Of a DNA stretch of 22,131 bases, positions 13,868-22,131 are shown in pieces. Numbering within the stretch: position 1 is the first letter of the stretch; the number at the start of each line of letters is the position of its first letter. Below the pieces are notes generated by a model. That model ran no database searches and had not been told where the DNA came from. It worked only from the letters and a program-made list of their open reading frames with translations. Source of the stretch: Promethearchaeia archaeon (GTDB lineage: Archaea; Asgardarchaeota; Lokiarchaeia; Sigyniarchaeales; SOKP01); NCBI GenBank assembly GCA_029856125.1, contig JAHQWJ010000117.1:1-22131 (forward strand), in the 5' to 3' direction. The translations under genes and the position numbers were made by a program.

Positions 13868-16600
13868 ATGTTTAATTTGGAAGAGTTTGAAAAAGATCAA
13901 GTTCTTTATTCCTTAGTTGAGAAGCTCAATAAGTTCCTTGATAAAAATAAGACTGAAAAAGTAAAACTTATCGTTGAACAACTTAATGATTTATTAGAAC
14001 AGCAAGAATCTGAAATCCAAATAACTTATATTCTTAGCGTATTAGCAGAGCAAGATTTCACACTAATAGGGAAAAATATCTTAAAGAATATAGAGAATTT
14101 AACTCGTTCAACTAATTCCAAAACAAAAGTGAATGCTCTCATTATTATAGGATTCGTTATGCTTTCAAATAAAAACGGCATTAAGACTTATTTACCAAAC
14201 TTTATGGCAAACTTGAATGATAGTGACAGAGATGTTCGAGATAACATACATTATTTTTTACATGAAGTTGCAACCGAACACTCTGATTTAATATGTAATT
14301 ATAAAAATGATCTAATAGAGGCTCTAGGCGTTGAAAAGAACGAAGAAAATTTAGTCGGTTTAATTCAACTCTTAAAAAAATGTCTCGATTATAGTTTTGA
14401 GAATCTATTCGATTTACGAACGATTATTAAATCGCTAATTAACAAATTTTATAGCAGAGAGCAAACGAAAGCGTACTCTGAATTATTATCTTATGTAAAA
14501 ATTGTTTTTCCATCAGTAAATGATCTGATAAAAGAAGGAATGGATAAAAAAGAGCTCACTAACATAATACAAAATACATTCCTTATGAAAAGAAATATTT
14601 TTTTAACGCCTACTTCTGAAATTGAAGGAAAATCAAAGAAGTTCTTAAAAAATTTAAAAAGTTTGAACAGCAAAGACCTTAAAATTTATTTTTATATTAA
14701 GAAACAAGAAAAAAAGATTCATATTTATGAGCTGGAAAAAGAAAAATTGGTAGGAGTGTTTCTAAAAAAGGATAACTTGCAGAAGAAACAATTGCTCAAG
14801 ATATTTTCTCCCATAATTGATACTGAACAGGAATTAAGATTATTTTTAAATACACTGATTAAGTTAGAGTACGTTAAAGGGTTTTATTCAAAACTGGGTT
14901 ATTTTTACTCTTATAACAACCTAAAATCAGAATTGATTGGAAAATTTCAAGAAAAGGGCATGGTGAATTTAAAAAAATACAATCATTTGCCTCCTGATTT
15001 TGTTAGTGGAATTATAAACGATATATCGAATTCAACTAAAAAAGTTTTCCTAATTGGAAAAAATAACGCTGCCTACTACTCTTTGAAAAAAATACAGCAA
15101 CAAATTAACACACAAGCAGCGAAAAATACTACAATTGACCTCAAATCTTATAGAGATCGCTTATTAGATATTGACTTTATTAAATTAATAAAAAATCTAC
15201 CAAAAGGTTATTTAAGTCATTTTAGAGCAGGAACTCAATGGTTGACTAATGTAGGGTTACCAAAAGTTAAAAGAGAAGTTGAGAACTCTCGATTAATTGG
15301 TTATTATTCAATTCCAATGCTCTCTAAGAAATTAAATATAAAAAAAGTATTGTTAATTCAAATTTTAGAGAGTTTCATAGATACAAGAAGTGGAATATTT
15401 GACAAAAACAAAGAAATTTTTTATTATTCGAAATTTCTAAATAAGAAGATCGAAGAAATAAACGCCATAACTATTCAAAAAGAGAGAGAAAGACAGATAA
15501 ATTTAATAACAAAAAAGTTAAACATCGAAAGAAGTCTCATTCTTACAAAATTAGACGAGAATTTAAAACTAATAGGGGAAGAAATAAAAGGAAAGGATCT
15601 GATCAAAATTGACGATTATATTGAGAAAACGGGTATGCCACATAATCTTTTTATCGACTTTATCAATGATTTAGGATTAACCTATTTTAAAAAAGGAGAA
15701 TTCCTCATTTTTAACGAAGCAAAAATCGAGGAATCAAAAAATGGCATAAAGTCGATGTTGATCGCCAAATCTAAATCTGAGAATTTGATTTATTTAGGAG
15801 ATATAGATATTACTTCTAGTATCGTTGAGGATTTACTAAAAAATCTACAAAATGATGAAAAAATTAAGGGTGTCTTTCATAATCTTGAAGGAAAGCTAGT
15901 TTTTTACACTGAAAAAGGAATAGAAAATTTGATGCTAGAAAATAGTTTTATGTTTTCTTTTAGCGATTTTTTTTACGGGAAAATTCTAGATGATAAGGAT
16001 ATAGAGGTTTTAACATCTATATTTAATAATTTAATAAGTACAAATCAGTTGAAAGGAACTTTTGATAATGAATCGCTAACATTTGCTAGTGCTGATGTAA
16101 TATTTGCCCAAGATTATAATACAGTTCTATTTGAGTTTGAAAAAATGATAAACGCATATACTAAAACATTCAATACTGAATTTGAAAAATTAAAAAAAAT
16201 TTTAATAAAACGCGAGGAGATAATCTACCCCCAAGAGATAAAACTTATCCAAGAAAGGATAGACATGATCAACGAAAAATATGTTCGCTGGAGAAGTGGT
16301 TTAGAAGCGTTCGTAAGAAAAGCTAGCTCGAGTCTTTTAAAAAAACAAGGTTTTACGCTCAAAAAATATAAATCTCTTTTATTATCAAACGAAAAAAGAG
16401 ATGATATTAAATTTTTTGAGGAAGATCCTGAAGTTATAGATTTAACCTCAAACTTCAATAGATGGGTTAAGTTATTCAACGAATTAGAGCTTAAATATGG
16501 AAATATCATTTTCTACCAGAAAAGAATAATAATCAAAGAGGATAATGAAGAAGATCGTAAAAAATTAGAAGAAATATTGGCTAAATTACATATAGTTTAA
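13868..16600 (+). CDS. HEAT/ARM-repeat + tandem winged-helix (PCI/UFL1/DDRGK-like) + coiled-coil protein, 910 aa
   Basis: HEAT signature LPNFMANLNDSDRDVRDNIHYFL. The middle has repeated helix-helix-helix + G-x-F/Y beta-hairpin units (LIKLEYVKGFYSKLGYFYS; IDTRSGIFDKNKEIFYY; LQNDEKIKGVFHNLEGKLVFYT; LISTNQLKGTFDNESLTF). The CDS is secure; the domain call is inference. Confidence 0.6.
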   Translation: MFNLEEFEKDQVLYSLVEKLNKFLDKNKTEKVKLIVEQLNDLLEQQESEIQITYILSVLAEQDFTLIGKNILKNIENLTRSTNSKTKVNALIIIGFVMLSNKNGIKTYLPNFMANLNDSDRDVRDNIHYFLHEVATEHSDLICNYKNDLIEALGVEKNEENLVGLIQLLKKCLDYSFENLFDLRTIIKSLINKFYSREQTKAYSELLSYVKIVFPSVNDLIKEGMDKKELTNIIQNTFLMKRNIFLTPTSEIEGKSKKFLKNLKSLNSKDLKIYFYIKKQEKKIHIYELEKEKLVGVFLKKDNLQKKQLLKIFSPIIDTEQELRLFLNTLIKLEYVKGFYSKLGYFYSYNNLKSELIGKFQEKGMVNLKKYNHLPPDFVSGIINDISNSTKKVFLIGKNNAAYYSLKKIQQQINTQAAKNTTIDLKSYRDRLLDIDFIKLIKNLPKGYLSHFRAGTQWLTNVGLPKVKREVENSRLIGYYSIPMLSKKLNIKKVLLIQILESFIDTRSGIFDKNKEIFYYSKFLNKKIEEINAITIQKERERQINLITKKLNIERSLILTKLDENLKLIGEEIKGKDLIKIDDYIEKTGMPHNLFIDFINDLGLTYFKKGEFLIFNEAKIEESKNGIKSMLIAKSKSENLIYLGDIDITSSIVEDLLKNLQNDEKIKGVFHNLEGKLVFYTEKGIENLMLENSFMFSFSDFFYGKILDDKDIEVLTSIFNNLISTNQLKGTFDNESLTFASADVIFAQDYNTVLFEFEKMINAYTKTFNTEFEKLKKILIKREEIIYPQEIKLIQERIDMINEKYVRWRSGLEAFVRKASSSLLKKQGFTLKKYKSLLLSNEKRDDIKFFEEDPEVIDLTSNFNRWVKLFNELELKYGNIIFYQKRIIIKEDNEEDRKKLEEILAKLHIV

Positions 16601-16621
16601 CACTGAAATAAATAGAGAAAA

Positions 16622-16921
16622 CTATTTCCTGCTCTCTTCAATTTGAGAGATTATATCGTCAATATCTATTTTCTGGTTTGATTTTATTTTATATGTTTTA
16701 GGAGAATACTTACCGTTCATCTCTAAAATTCCTTCTTTTTCTAAATAATTAAGAGATCTCCAAATAAAATTAATCTTTGAGCGGTTTGAGGCCTTAATAC
16801 GATTGCATCTTCTAATACTTTTAGTAGTGACTAAATTGACATTATTATCTATTAGTTTATTTATTGCTTCTAGAGTTTCCCGTAAGTTTCTTGAAAAAAA
16901 ATCCATAGAATCCTCGCTCAC
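16622..16921 (-). CDS. Small basic winged-helix DNA-binding protein (putative)
   Basis: VTTKSIRR...INFIWRSLNYLEKEGILE..(wing)..KTYKI fits a wHTH. The start is either GTG 16921 or ATG 16906. Confidence 0.7.
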   Translation of the reverse strand: MSEDSMDFFSRNLRETLEAINKLIDNNVNLVTTKSIRRCNRIKASNRSKINFIWRSLNYLEKEGILEMNGKYSPKTYKIKSNQKIDIDDIISQIEESRK

Positions 16922-16923
16922 TG

Positions 16924-16966
16924 AAAAAAGTATTTTACTAATTAGTGTATTAACTTATACTTTTTT
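16924..16966. repeat. Perfect 10-bp inverted repeat enclosing a 10-bp palindrome; candidate operator
   Basis: AAAAAAGTAT (16924-16933) and ATACTTTTTT (16957-16966) flank ACTAATTAGT (16937-16946), directly upstream of the wHTH gene. Confidence 0.4.
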
Positions 16967-17068
16967 ATTAATAAAGTTTTTTTCTACTGATATAAAAACG
17001 CTGAGATGTGTTCGCATGTAAGAGTCTTAAAAGAAATCAAAAAGGCTAAATAATAAATGATAAATTTT

Positions 17069-18667
17069 CTAATGACGAAAAACCCTTTTACCACAAAAAA
17101 CTAAAGCACAATTTAATTCGTCAGCTCGTTTTATAACCATCTCGTCCCTCATAGATCCGCCGGGATTGATTACAGAATTCGCTCCTACATTTATTGCAGC
17201 TTCTAAACCATCAGGAAAAGGGAAGAATGAATCCGTTCCCATAACAGAATTCTTCAATTCTTCTTCATGGCCGAATTCTTTTGCTTTTTGTGCTGCTAAC
17301 TTTACTACATGAACTCGACTTTGCTGGCCAGCACCAATACCAATAGTGTAGACTCCTTTATCGTACATTTGGGCAAAACAAGCAGAATTAGATTTTGTCC
17401 ACTTAGAAACCTTATATGCAAAGATTAAAGCTTCCTTTTCTTGCTCAGTTACCTGTTTTTTACTCACAACATTCCATTCTTTTATAATAGGTTTATAATC
17501 ATATTCTTGAACTAAAATTCCACCTAAAACGCCCCTAATTTCGTAATTTTCGTAGATCAAATCTCTGTTGTTTAGTAAATCACCATATTCTAATATTCTC
17601 ATATTTTTTTTCTGCTTCAATATCTCTAATGCTTCAGCTTCAAATGAAGGAGCCATTAGAACTTCAACGAAAATATTTTCTTTATTCACAATGAAGTCTG
17701 CCGCGGCTGCGGTTAATTCTGTGTTTACACCCCATATACCTCCAAAGGCTGAAAGGGGATCTGTCTTAAACGCCATCTTAATAGACATTAATTGATCCGT
17801 TTTATCGATCGCAATCCCGTTAGGGCTGGTATGCTTTAAAATCGCAGTAACATGTTCATGTTTATCAAAATCCATTAGCATTTGAATACAAGCATCAATA
17901 TCTAAGTAATTATTGAACGAAATCTCCTTCCCTCCAAGCTGTTTTAAGTTGTGAAGCCCGTAATTACATGAGAGATTTCTATAATACGCTGCTGCTTGAT
18001 CCCAGTTTTCACCGTAACGACAATCTTGTATTTTCTCATAAGCATTGAAGATATTGGGTTTCATAACTTGGTCGGGGCTGTAATAACTTTGTAAGTAATT
18101 AGAAATAGCTGCATTATAATCGGCCATTATAGCAAACACTTCTTGAGCTAAAGTTGCTCTAGTTTTATCGCTTATCCCCCCTATTTCCGTTAATTCAGTG
18201 AGAATTTTGTCGTAATGCTTAGAATTCGCTACCACTACTACATCCGGAAAATTTTTTGCTGCCGCTCTTATCATTGTTGGACCCCCGATATCAATCATTT
18301 CTAAAGCGTCAGTTAAAGTGATATCTGGCTTTGTAATGGCCTCCTTGAATTGATATAAATTACACACTACCATATCGATAGGTGGAATGTTGTATTTTAT
18401 AGCATCCTCAACATCTTTTTCAAGATTCCGTCGATATAGTATACCCCCTTCAATTTTCGGATGGAGCGTTTTTACTCTTCCGTCAAACATCTCTGGAGAG
18501 TCAGTGTAATCGGAGATTCTTTCAAACGCTATATTTTTTTCTTTTAAAAGTTTTCCAGTTCCTCCTGTGGAAAGAATTTTAATGCCGAACTTTGTTAATG
18601 ATCTCACAAAATCAACAATATTCTCTTTATCAAAAACGCTTATGATAGCTCGTTCAATTTTCTTCAT
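17069..18667 (-). CDS. purH: Bifunctional AICAR transformylase / IMP cyclohydrolase
   Basis: AIISVFDK, STGGT, GRVKTLHP, IDIGGPTMIRAAAKN, RYGEN, SFNNYLD, KH catalytic pair, SAFGG, GAGQQSR, DSFFPFPD, PGGSMRD, C-terminal FRH. Confidence 0.97.
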   Translation of the reverse strand: MKKIERAIISVFDKENIVDFVRSLTKFGIKILSTGGTGKLLKEKNIAFERISDYTDSPEMFDGRVKTLHPKIEGGILYRRNLEKDVEDAIKYNIPPIDMVVCNLYQFKEAITKPDITLTDALEMIDIGGPTMIRAAAKNFPDVVVVANSKHYDKILTELTEIGGISDKTRATLAQEVFAIMADYNAAISNYLQSYYSPDQVMKPNIFNAYEKIQDCRYGENWDQAAAYYRNLSCNYGLHNLKQLGGKEISFNNYLDIDACIQMLMDFDKHEHVTAILKHTSPNGIAIDKTDQLMSIKMAFKTDPLSAFGGIWGVNTELTAAAADFIVNKENIFVEVLMAPSFEAEALEILKQKKNMRILEYGDLLNNRDLIYENYEIRGVLGGILVQEYDYKPIIKEWNVVSKKQVTEQEKEALIFAYKVSKWTKSNSACFAQMYDKGVYTIGIGAGQQSRVHVVKLAAQKAKEFGHEEELKNSVMGTDSFFPFPDGLEAAINVGANSVINPGGSMRDEMVIKRADELNCALVFCGKRVFRH

Positions 18668-18798
18668 TTTTAATCAAATAATTTATTTAGATTATTAATA
18701 TCAACAAAAGATATATCAAATTATAGTAAAATTCGGTTTTAAGTTAATTAATAGACATTTAATAAAAGATATAACAATGCGTTGGAATTAAAGGATAT

Positions 18799-20268
18799 TT
18801 AATACCGGCTTAGTAAATTGTGGGGTTTTGATTCTCTCTGCCCTGAAAAGGATACTATACCAATTTTAGCTTTTTTCATTTCTGCAATACTTTTAGCTCC
18901 TGCGTATATCATACCATTCAATAAGCCCTCTTTTAATGAAAGCAAGACGCCATCCATATCTCCGACAAATGGAACATAGTCACTTACGCCTTCAGGAAGC
19001 ATCTTCGAGCCTTCTGTGTATCGATCTGAAACATATCCGGATGTTCTCGCCTCTTTGGAGCCCATTCCTCGATATATTTTAACTTTTCTCCCTTGGATGG
19101 TGTCAACATATCCAGGACTTTCTGTTGAACCAGCGAAAAAGTGTCCCGACATAATTAGGTCAGCACCAGCACTGAAAGCTTTAGGTAAATCTCCAGGATT
19201 TTTAAAACCACCATCTGCAACTAAACTAATTTTTGTGCCGTAATCCTCTAGAGCATCAGCAACCTGAGCAGTAGCGAAAAGTGTAGGTGCTCCAACGCCA
19301 GTTTGAATTGAAGTTGTGCAAATTGAACCAGAACCCATCCCAACCTTTATACCAATAAATTTATCTTTGTCAAAATCACCTTTTGTAATTAAATGTTCAG
19401 CCGCTTCGTAAGTTCCAATATTCCCTAGTACAAAGTCAGAATCTAAAAAATCCATGAGTTTTTTAGTTCCTTTAATATCTGATGTTTTATAGAAATCTGC
19501 TACATCTATAAAAAAGATATCGACATAGTTTTCAATTTCTTTTAATAACTTTTGAGCGTGTGTTGATTCTGGAAATTTCGGGGATAAACCTATAGCACAT
19601 ATCAAATGCCCTTCACTATCCATCGAAGCTAAAGGAAACTCTGGTGCTAAATCCTTTTTAGTTATTAAACCTTTCAAGTAACCAGTTTTGTCAATTACAG
19701 GTAGTTTTTCCTTTCTCGAATCAAAAAGAATATCAAGCGCTTTTTCTCTTGATGCTCCAGGTTCAATGGAAATTACTTCCTTTGTCATGAAACTCTTTAC
19801 TTTACCTTTGCTGATTTCATCTTCAGAGAAGGGGATATCTCTTTTCGTGAAAATCCCGCATACTTTATTGTTCCCGTCAACTACCACAATTCCACTTATA
19901 TTATAGTTTTCCATCATGTATTTTGCTTTTGATATAGGTTCATCTGGTAATATTGTAGCAACATCATCAATAACGAAGGATCTTGCTCTTTTCACTATCC
20001 GCACCATTTCTAATTGCCGTTCATAAGGACAGTTACGGTGTAAAACCCCCAGACCTCCCATAAGAGCCATTCTAATCGCCATTAATTCTTCAGTTACTGT
20101 ATCCATAGCAGCTGAGATAATTGGTAAATGCAATGTATGTGGACCTAATTTGGAAGACATATCAACTTCGGTTGGTTCAAAATTAGTATATCCCGGTTGA
20201 ATGAGGACATCGTCAAATGTAGCAATTAAATCGTTATAGTGAACTTTCTTTCTGTAGTAATCTGTCAT
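18799..20268 (-). CDS. guaB: Inosine-5'-monophosphate dehydrogenase with a CBS pair
   Basis: TFDDVL, PIISAAMDTVTE, GGLGVLHRN, two CBS domains, catalytic loop GMGSGSICTT, ADGG, YRGMGS, flap RY dyad (SDRY), PEGV. Confidence 0.93.
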   Translation of the reverse strand: MTDYYRKKVHYNDLIATFDDVLIQPGYTNFEPTEVDMSSKLGPHTLHLPIISAAMDTVTEELMAIRMALMGGLGVLHRNCPYERQLEMVRIVKRARSFVIDDVATILPDEPISKAKYMMENYNISGIVVVDGNNKVCGIFTKRDIPFSEDEISKGKVKSFMTKEVISIEPGASREKALDILFDSRKEKLPVIDKTGYLKGLITKKDLAPEFPLASMDSEGHLICAIGLSPKFPESTHAQKLLKEIENYVDIFFIDVADFYKTSDIKGTKKLMDFLDSDFVLGNIGTYEAAEHLITKGDFDKDKFIGIKVGMGSGSICTTSIQTGVGAPTLFATAQVADALEDYGTKISLVADGGFKNPGDLPKAFSAGADLIMSGHFFAGSTESPGYVDTIQGRKVKIYRGMGSKEARTSGYVSDRYTEGSKMLPEGVSDYVPFVGDMDGVLLSLKEGLLNGMIYAGAKSIAEMKKAKIGIVSFSGQRESKPHNLLSRY

Positions 20269-20456
20269 TTTCTTGGGGTGTTAAGTGTGTTTTATTAGTA
20301 TGGTAGATATAATATTTTTATTACTTTGGATTGTAAATATTAGTAATTAAGTTAGATTTAATTTAAAAGTTTTAAGTATTTAGTTTGAGAGAAATATATA
20401 GCGTCTCTTTAAATGAAGGTTGTTAAATAGATTAAGCGAAAAATAAACTTAATTCT

Positions 20457-21365
20457 TTACATTTGGATCAAATTTTTTCGCGATAAGTTCTTTATTTTAG
20501 GGTCGTTTATGTAGGAATTTAACGTATTTATAAATGCAGCTCTATCGATTTTAATGTTTGAAGATTCAATACCACAATAGTTACTAACATGATCGTTAAA
20601 GACTTGAGAAGTTACATTTTCTCCTAAACCTTTGATGATATCTCTCTCCTCTATTAAGCATTCTAGAGGGGATAGCAATTCAAAATGACCACTTTTCCAA
20701 TCCCCCCAAAGCGGAGTGTTAGGCATAATGTTTAAAGTTCGAAAACGGAAGATCGTCGGATTTATCTCTGTGAGCACTCTTGCGGTTCCTTTAACATGGT
20801 CTTCGGATAATTTTTTACCTCCTAAGCCTAACATAACATATAAGCTTAGTTTTATACCAGATTTGAGTAACTTCTTTCCAGCTTTAATCATCGATTCTGC
20901 GTTTGTTCCTTTCTTCATAATTCGTAAAATTTTGCTACTTCCACTTTCTAATCCCATATACACGATGTCTAATCCAGCTTCGGCTAGTTGTTTTAATTCT
21001 TCATCAGTTTTTCTCAAAATATCTAATGATTTTGCATAACAACTTACTCTGGGGACATTTTTCATTCGTAACCTTACATATTCAATTATTTTTACGAGAT
21101 AATCTGTAGGTGCCGAAGTAGGATTACCACCGGCTAAAAAGACGGGATATCCGTGATAATTTTTTTCAGCATAGAGATCTATATCCTTTAATACATCTTC
21201 CAAGGGGCGTATTGCATAATCTTGAGTACTTCCATAAATTCCTTTATAAGTCCCACAAAAGCGACACTGATTCCAATTGCATCCTCCAGTGACAGCAATG
21301 AGCACACTGTACGCTTCTACAGGGGGTCTAATTACTATCTGGCTTGGAGGGAGTTTAATAACCAT
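20457..21365 (-). CDS. Radical SAM protein of unknown function (RPPxEA N-terminal type, no B12-binding domain)
   Basis: IRPPVEAYS..GCNWNQCRFC (Cx4Cx2C variant), FLAGG, YMGLESG, MKKG, GLGG, PNTPL, DHVSNY. Confidence 0.88.
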   Translation of the reverse strand: MVIKLPPSQIVIRPPVEAYSVLIAVTGGCNWNQCRFCGTYKGIYGSTQDYAIRPLEDVLKDIDLYAEKNYHGYPVFLAGGNPTSAPTDYLVKIIEYVRLRMKNVPRVSCYAKSLDILRKTDEELKQLAEAGLDIVYMGLESGSSKILRIMKKGTNAESMIKAGKKLLKSGIKLSLYVMLGLGGKKLSEDHVKGTARVLTEINPTIFRFRTLNIMPNTPLWGDWKSGHFELLSPLECLIEERDIIKGLGENVTSQVFNDHVSNYCGIESSNIKIDRAAFINTLNSYINDPKIKNLSRKNLIQM

Positions 21366-21559
21366 AATAATTCTTATTTATTTGTTATAGAAACATCTAT
21401 TGTTATTTAAAATAGGTTTGAGTTATTCTAAGCATTTTAAGAATAAAGATTTAATCATAATAATTTAATGCAAAATTGATAAAATTTTTTTTATAGGATT
21501 AATTCTAATTGGCATTAGTTTTAATAATAGTTATTTTGTAATAAAATTCGGTATTAATA

Positions 21560-22131
21560 TTGATAGGAACTCATACTCAAGGAAAAAACATACTATTTAC
21601 ATTCAAAACCGTTATAGTTGGTCCTCCGAGTGTTGGTAAAACTTGTCTTTTTAATCGTTTTTGTTTTAATTCCTTTAATTTTGATACATCTCTTACAATT
21701 GGGGTAAATTTTCACTCAATAGAACTAAAAATTCGAAATATAGATGAAACGGACAATCCTAAAGAAATACATAATGTTTTAAGCATTTTTGATTTAGGCG
21801 GTCAAGAACGTTTCAAAGCACTACTTCCAAAATTTCTTGGTGGAGCAAATGGAGTTTTGTTAGTTTTTGATCTGACTAATAGTAGCTCTTTTGATCAACT
21901 AGATTTTTGGTATGATAAATTACTTAAGCACACAGATTGTTTAAACATTCCTAAATATTTAATAGGAAGTAAAAGCGATTTATTGGAAACTGTGCCAGAA
22001 AAATACCATGTTCCTGAAGTTAATATAGATAGATTTGTTAAAGAAAAGCAATTTGACGGTTTTTTCAGGACCTCAGCGCTACAGAATCACAATGTTTTGA
22101 ATGTGTTTAAAGAACTAAATAATTTGATGCT
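21560..22131 (+). CDS. Rab-like small GTPase (Ras superfamily); truncated by the right window edge
   Basis: Not in the ORF track. The frame opens after TAA 21542-21544 with a probable TTG start at 21560. G1 GPPSVGKT, G2 TIGVNF, G3 FDLGGQERF, LVFDLT, G4 GSKSD, G5 TSA. Confidence 0.92.
   Translation, partial: MIGTHTQGKNILFTFKTVIVGPPSVGKTCLFNRFCFNSFNFDTSLTIGVNFHSIELKIRNIDETDNPKEIHNVLSIFDLGGQERFKALLPKFLGGANGVLLVFDLTNSSSFDQLDFWYDKLLKHTDCLNIPKYLIGSKSDLLETVPEKYHVPEVNIDRFVKEKQFDGFFRTSALQNHNVLNVFKELNNLM

Noticed and set aside
20269-20456. Possible purine riboswitch upstream of guaB (also 18668-18798 upstream of purH)
   Set aside because: The regions are extremely AT-rich with no recognisable aptamer consensus or multi-stem structure.
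6321-21410. Short overlapping track ORFs (6321-6536, 6954-7142, 7512-7700, 8392-8586, 10479-10679, 14491-14673, 16225-16509, 16803-17021, 17568-17795, 19016-19243, 19688-19906, 20716-21039, 21222-21410)
   Set aside because: All lie antisense to well-supported genes, mostly have the F/S/I/L-rich composition typical of antisense frames, and show no recognisable motifs.
1-22131. tRNA, rRNA, CRISPR arrays, transposases or integrases
   Set aside because: All intergenic gaps are short (under about 240 nt) and AT-rich, with no cloverleaf, no regularly spaced repeats and no mobile-element ORFs visible.

Overview
AT-rich archaeal DNA, almost certainly from an Asgard archaeon (Lokiarchaeia-like), inferred from the co-occurrence of an actin-family protein, two longin-like proteins and a Rab-like small GTPase with archaeal housekeeping genes. 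The window is densely coding, with 18 supportable CDSs. Three are missing from the ORF track: a left-truncated DnaJ-type zinc-finger protein (<1-955, minus), a 56-aa microprotein (1066-1236) and a right-truncated Rab-like GTPase (21560->22131). Routine genes are an ASH-Ski2-type helicase, folD, purH, guaB, a ModE-like wHTH protein, an MBL hydrolase, a HAD hydrolase and a radical SAM protein. Four observations stand out. (1) An actin-related protein has substituted ATPase residues and a ~130-aa basic double-zinc-ribbon insertion at the loop where Arp2/Arp3 carry inserts. (2) A 910-aa HEAT + tandem winged-helix protein resembles UFL1/DDRGK1. (3) A J-domain-less zinc-finger protein resembles eukaryotic SSUH2. 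(4) A DRG-family GTPase with degenerate G1/G2/G3 motifs is apparently co-transcribed with one longin gene and faces a second. No rRNA, tRNA, CRISPR array or mobile element was seen. All family assignments come from manual motif reading; no searches were run.
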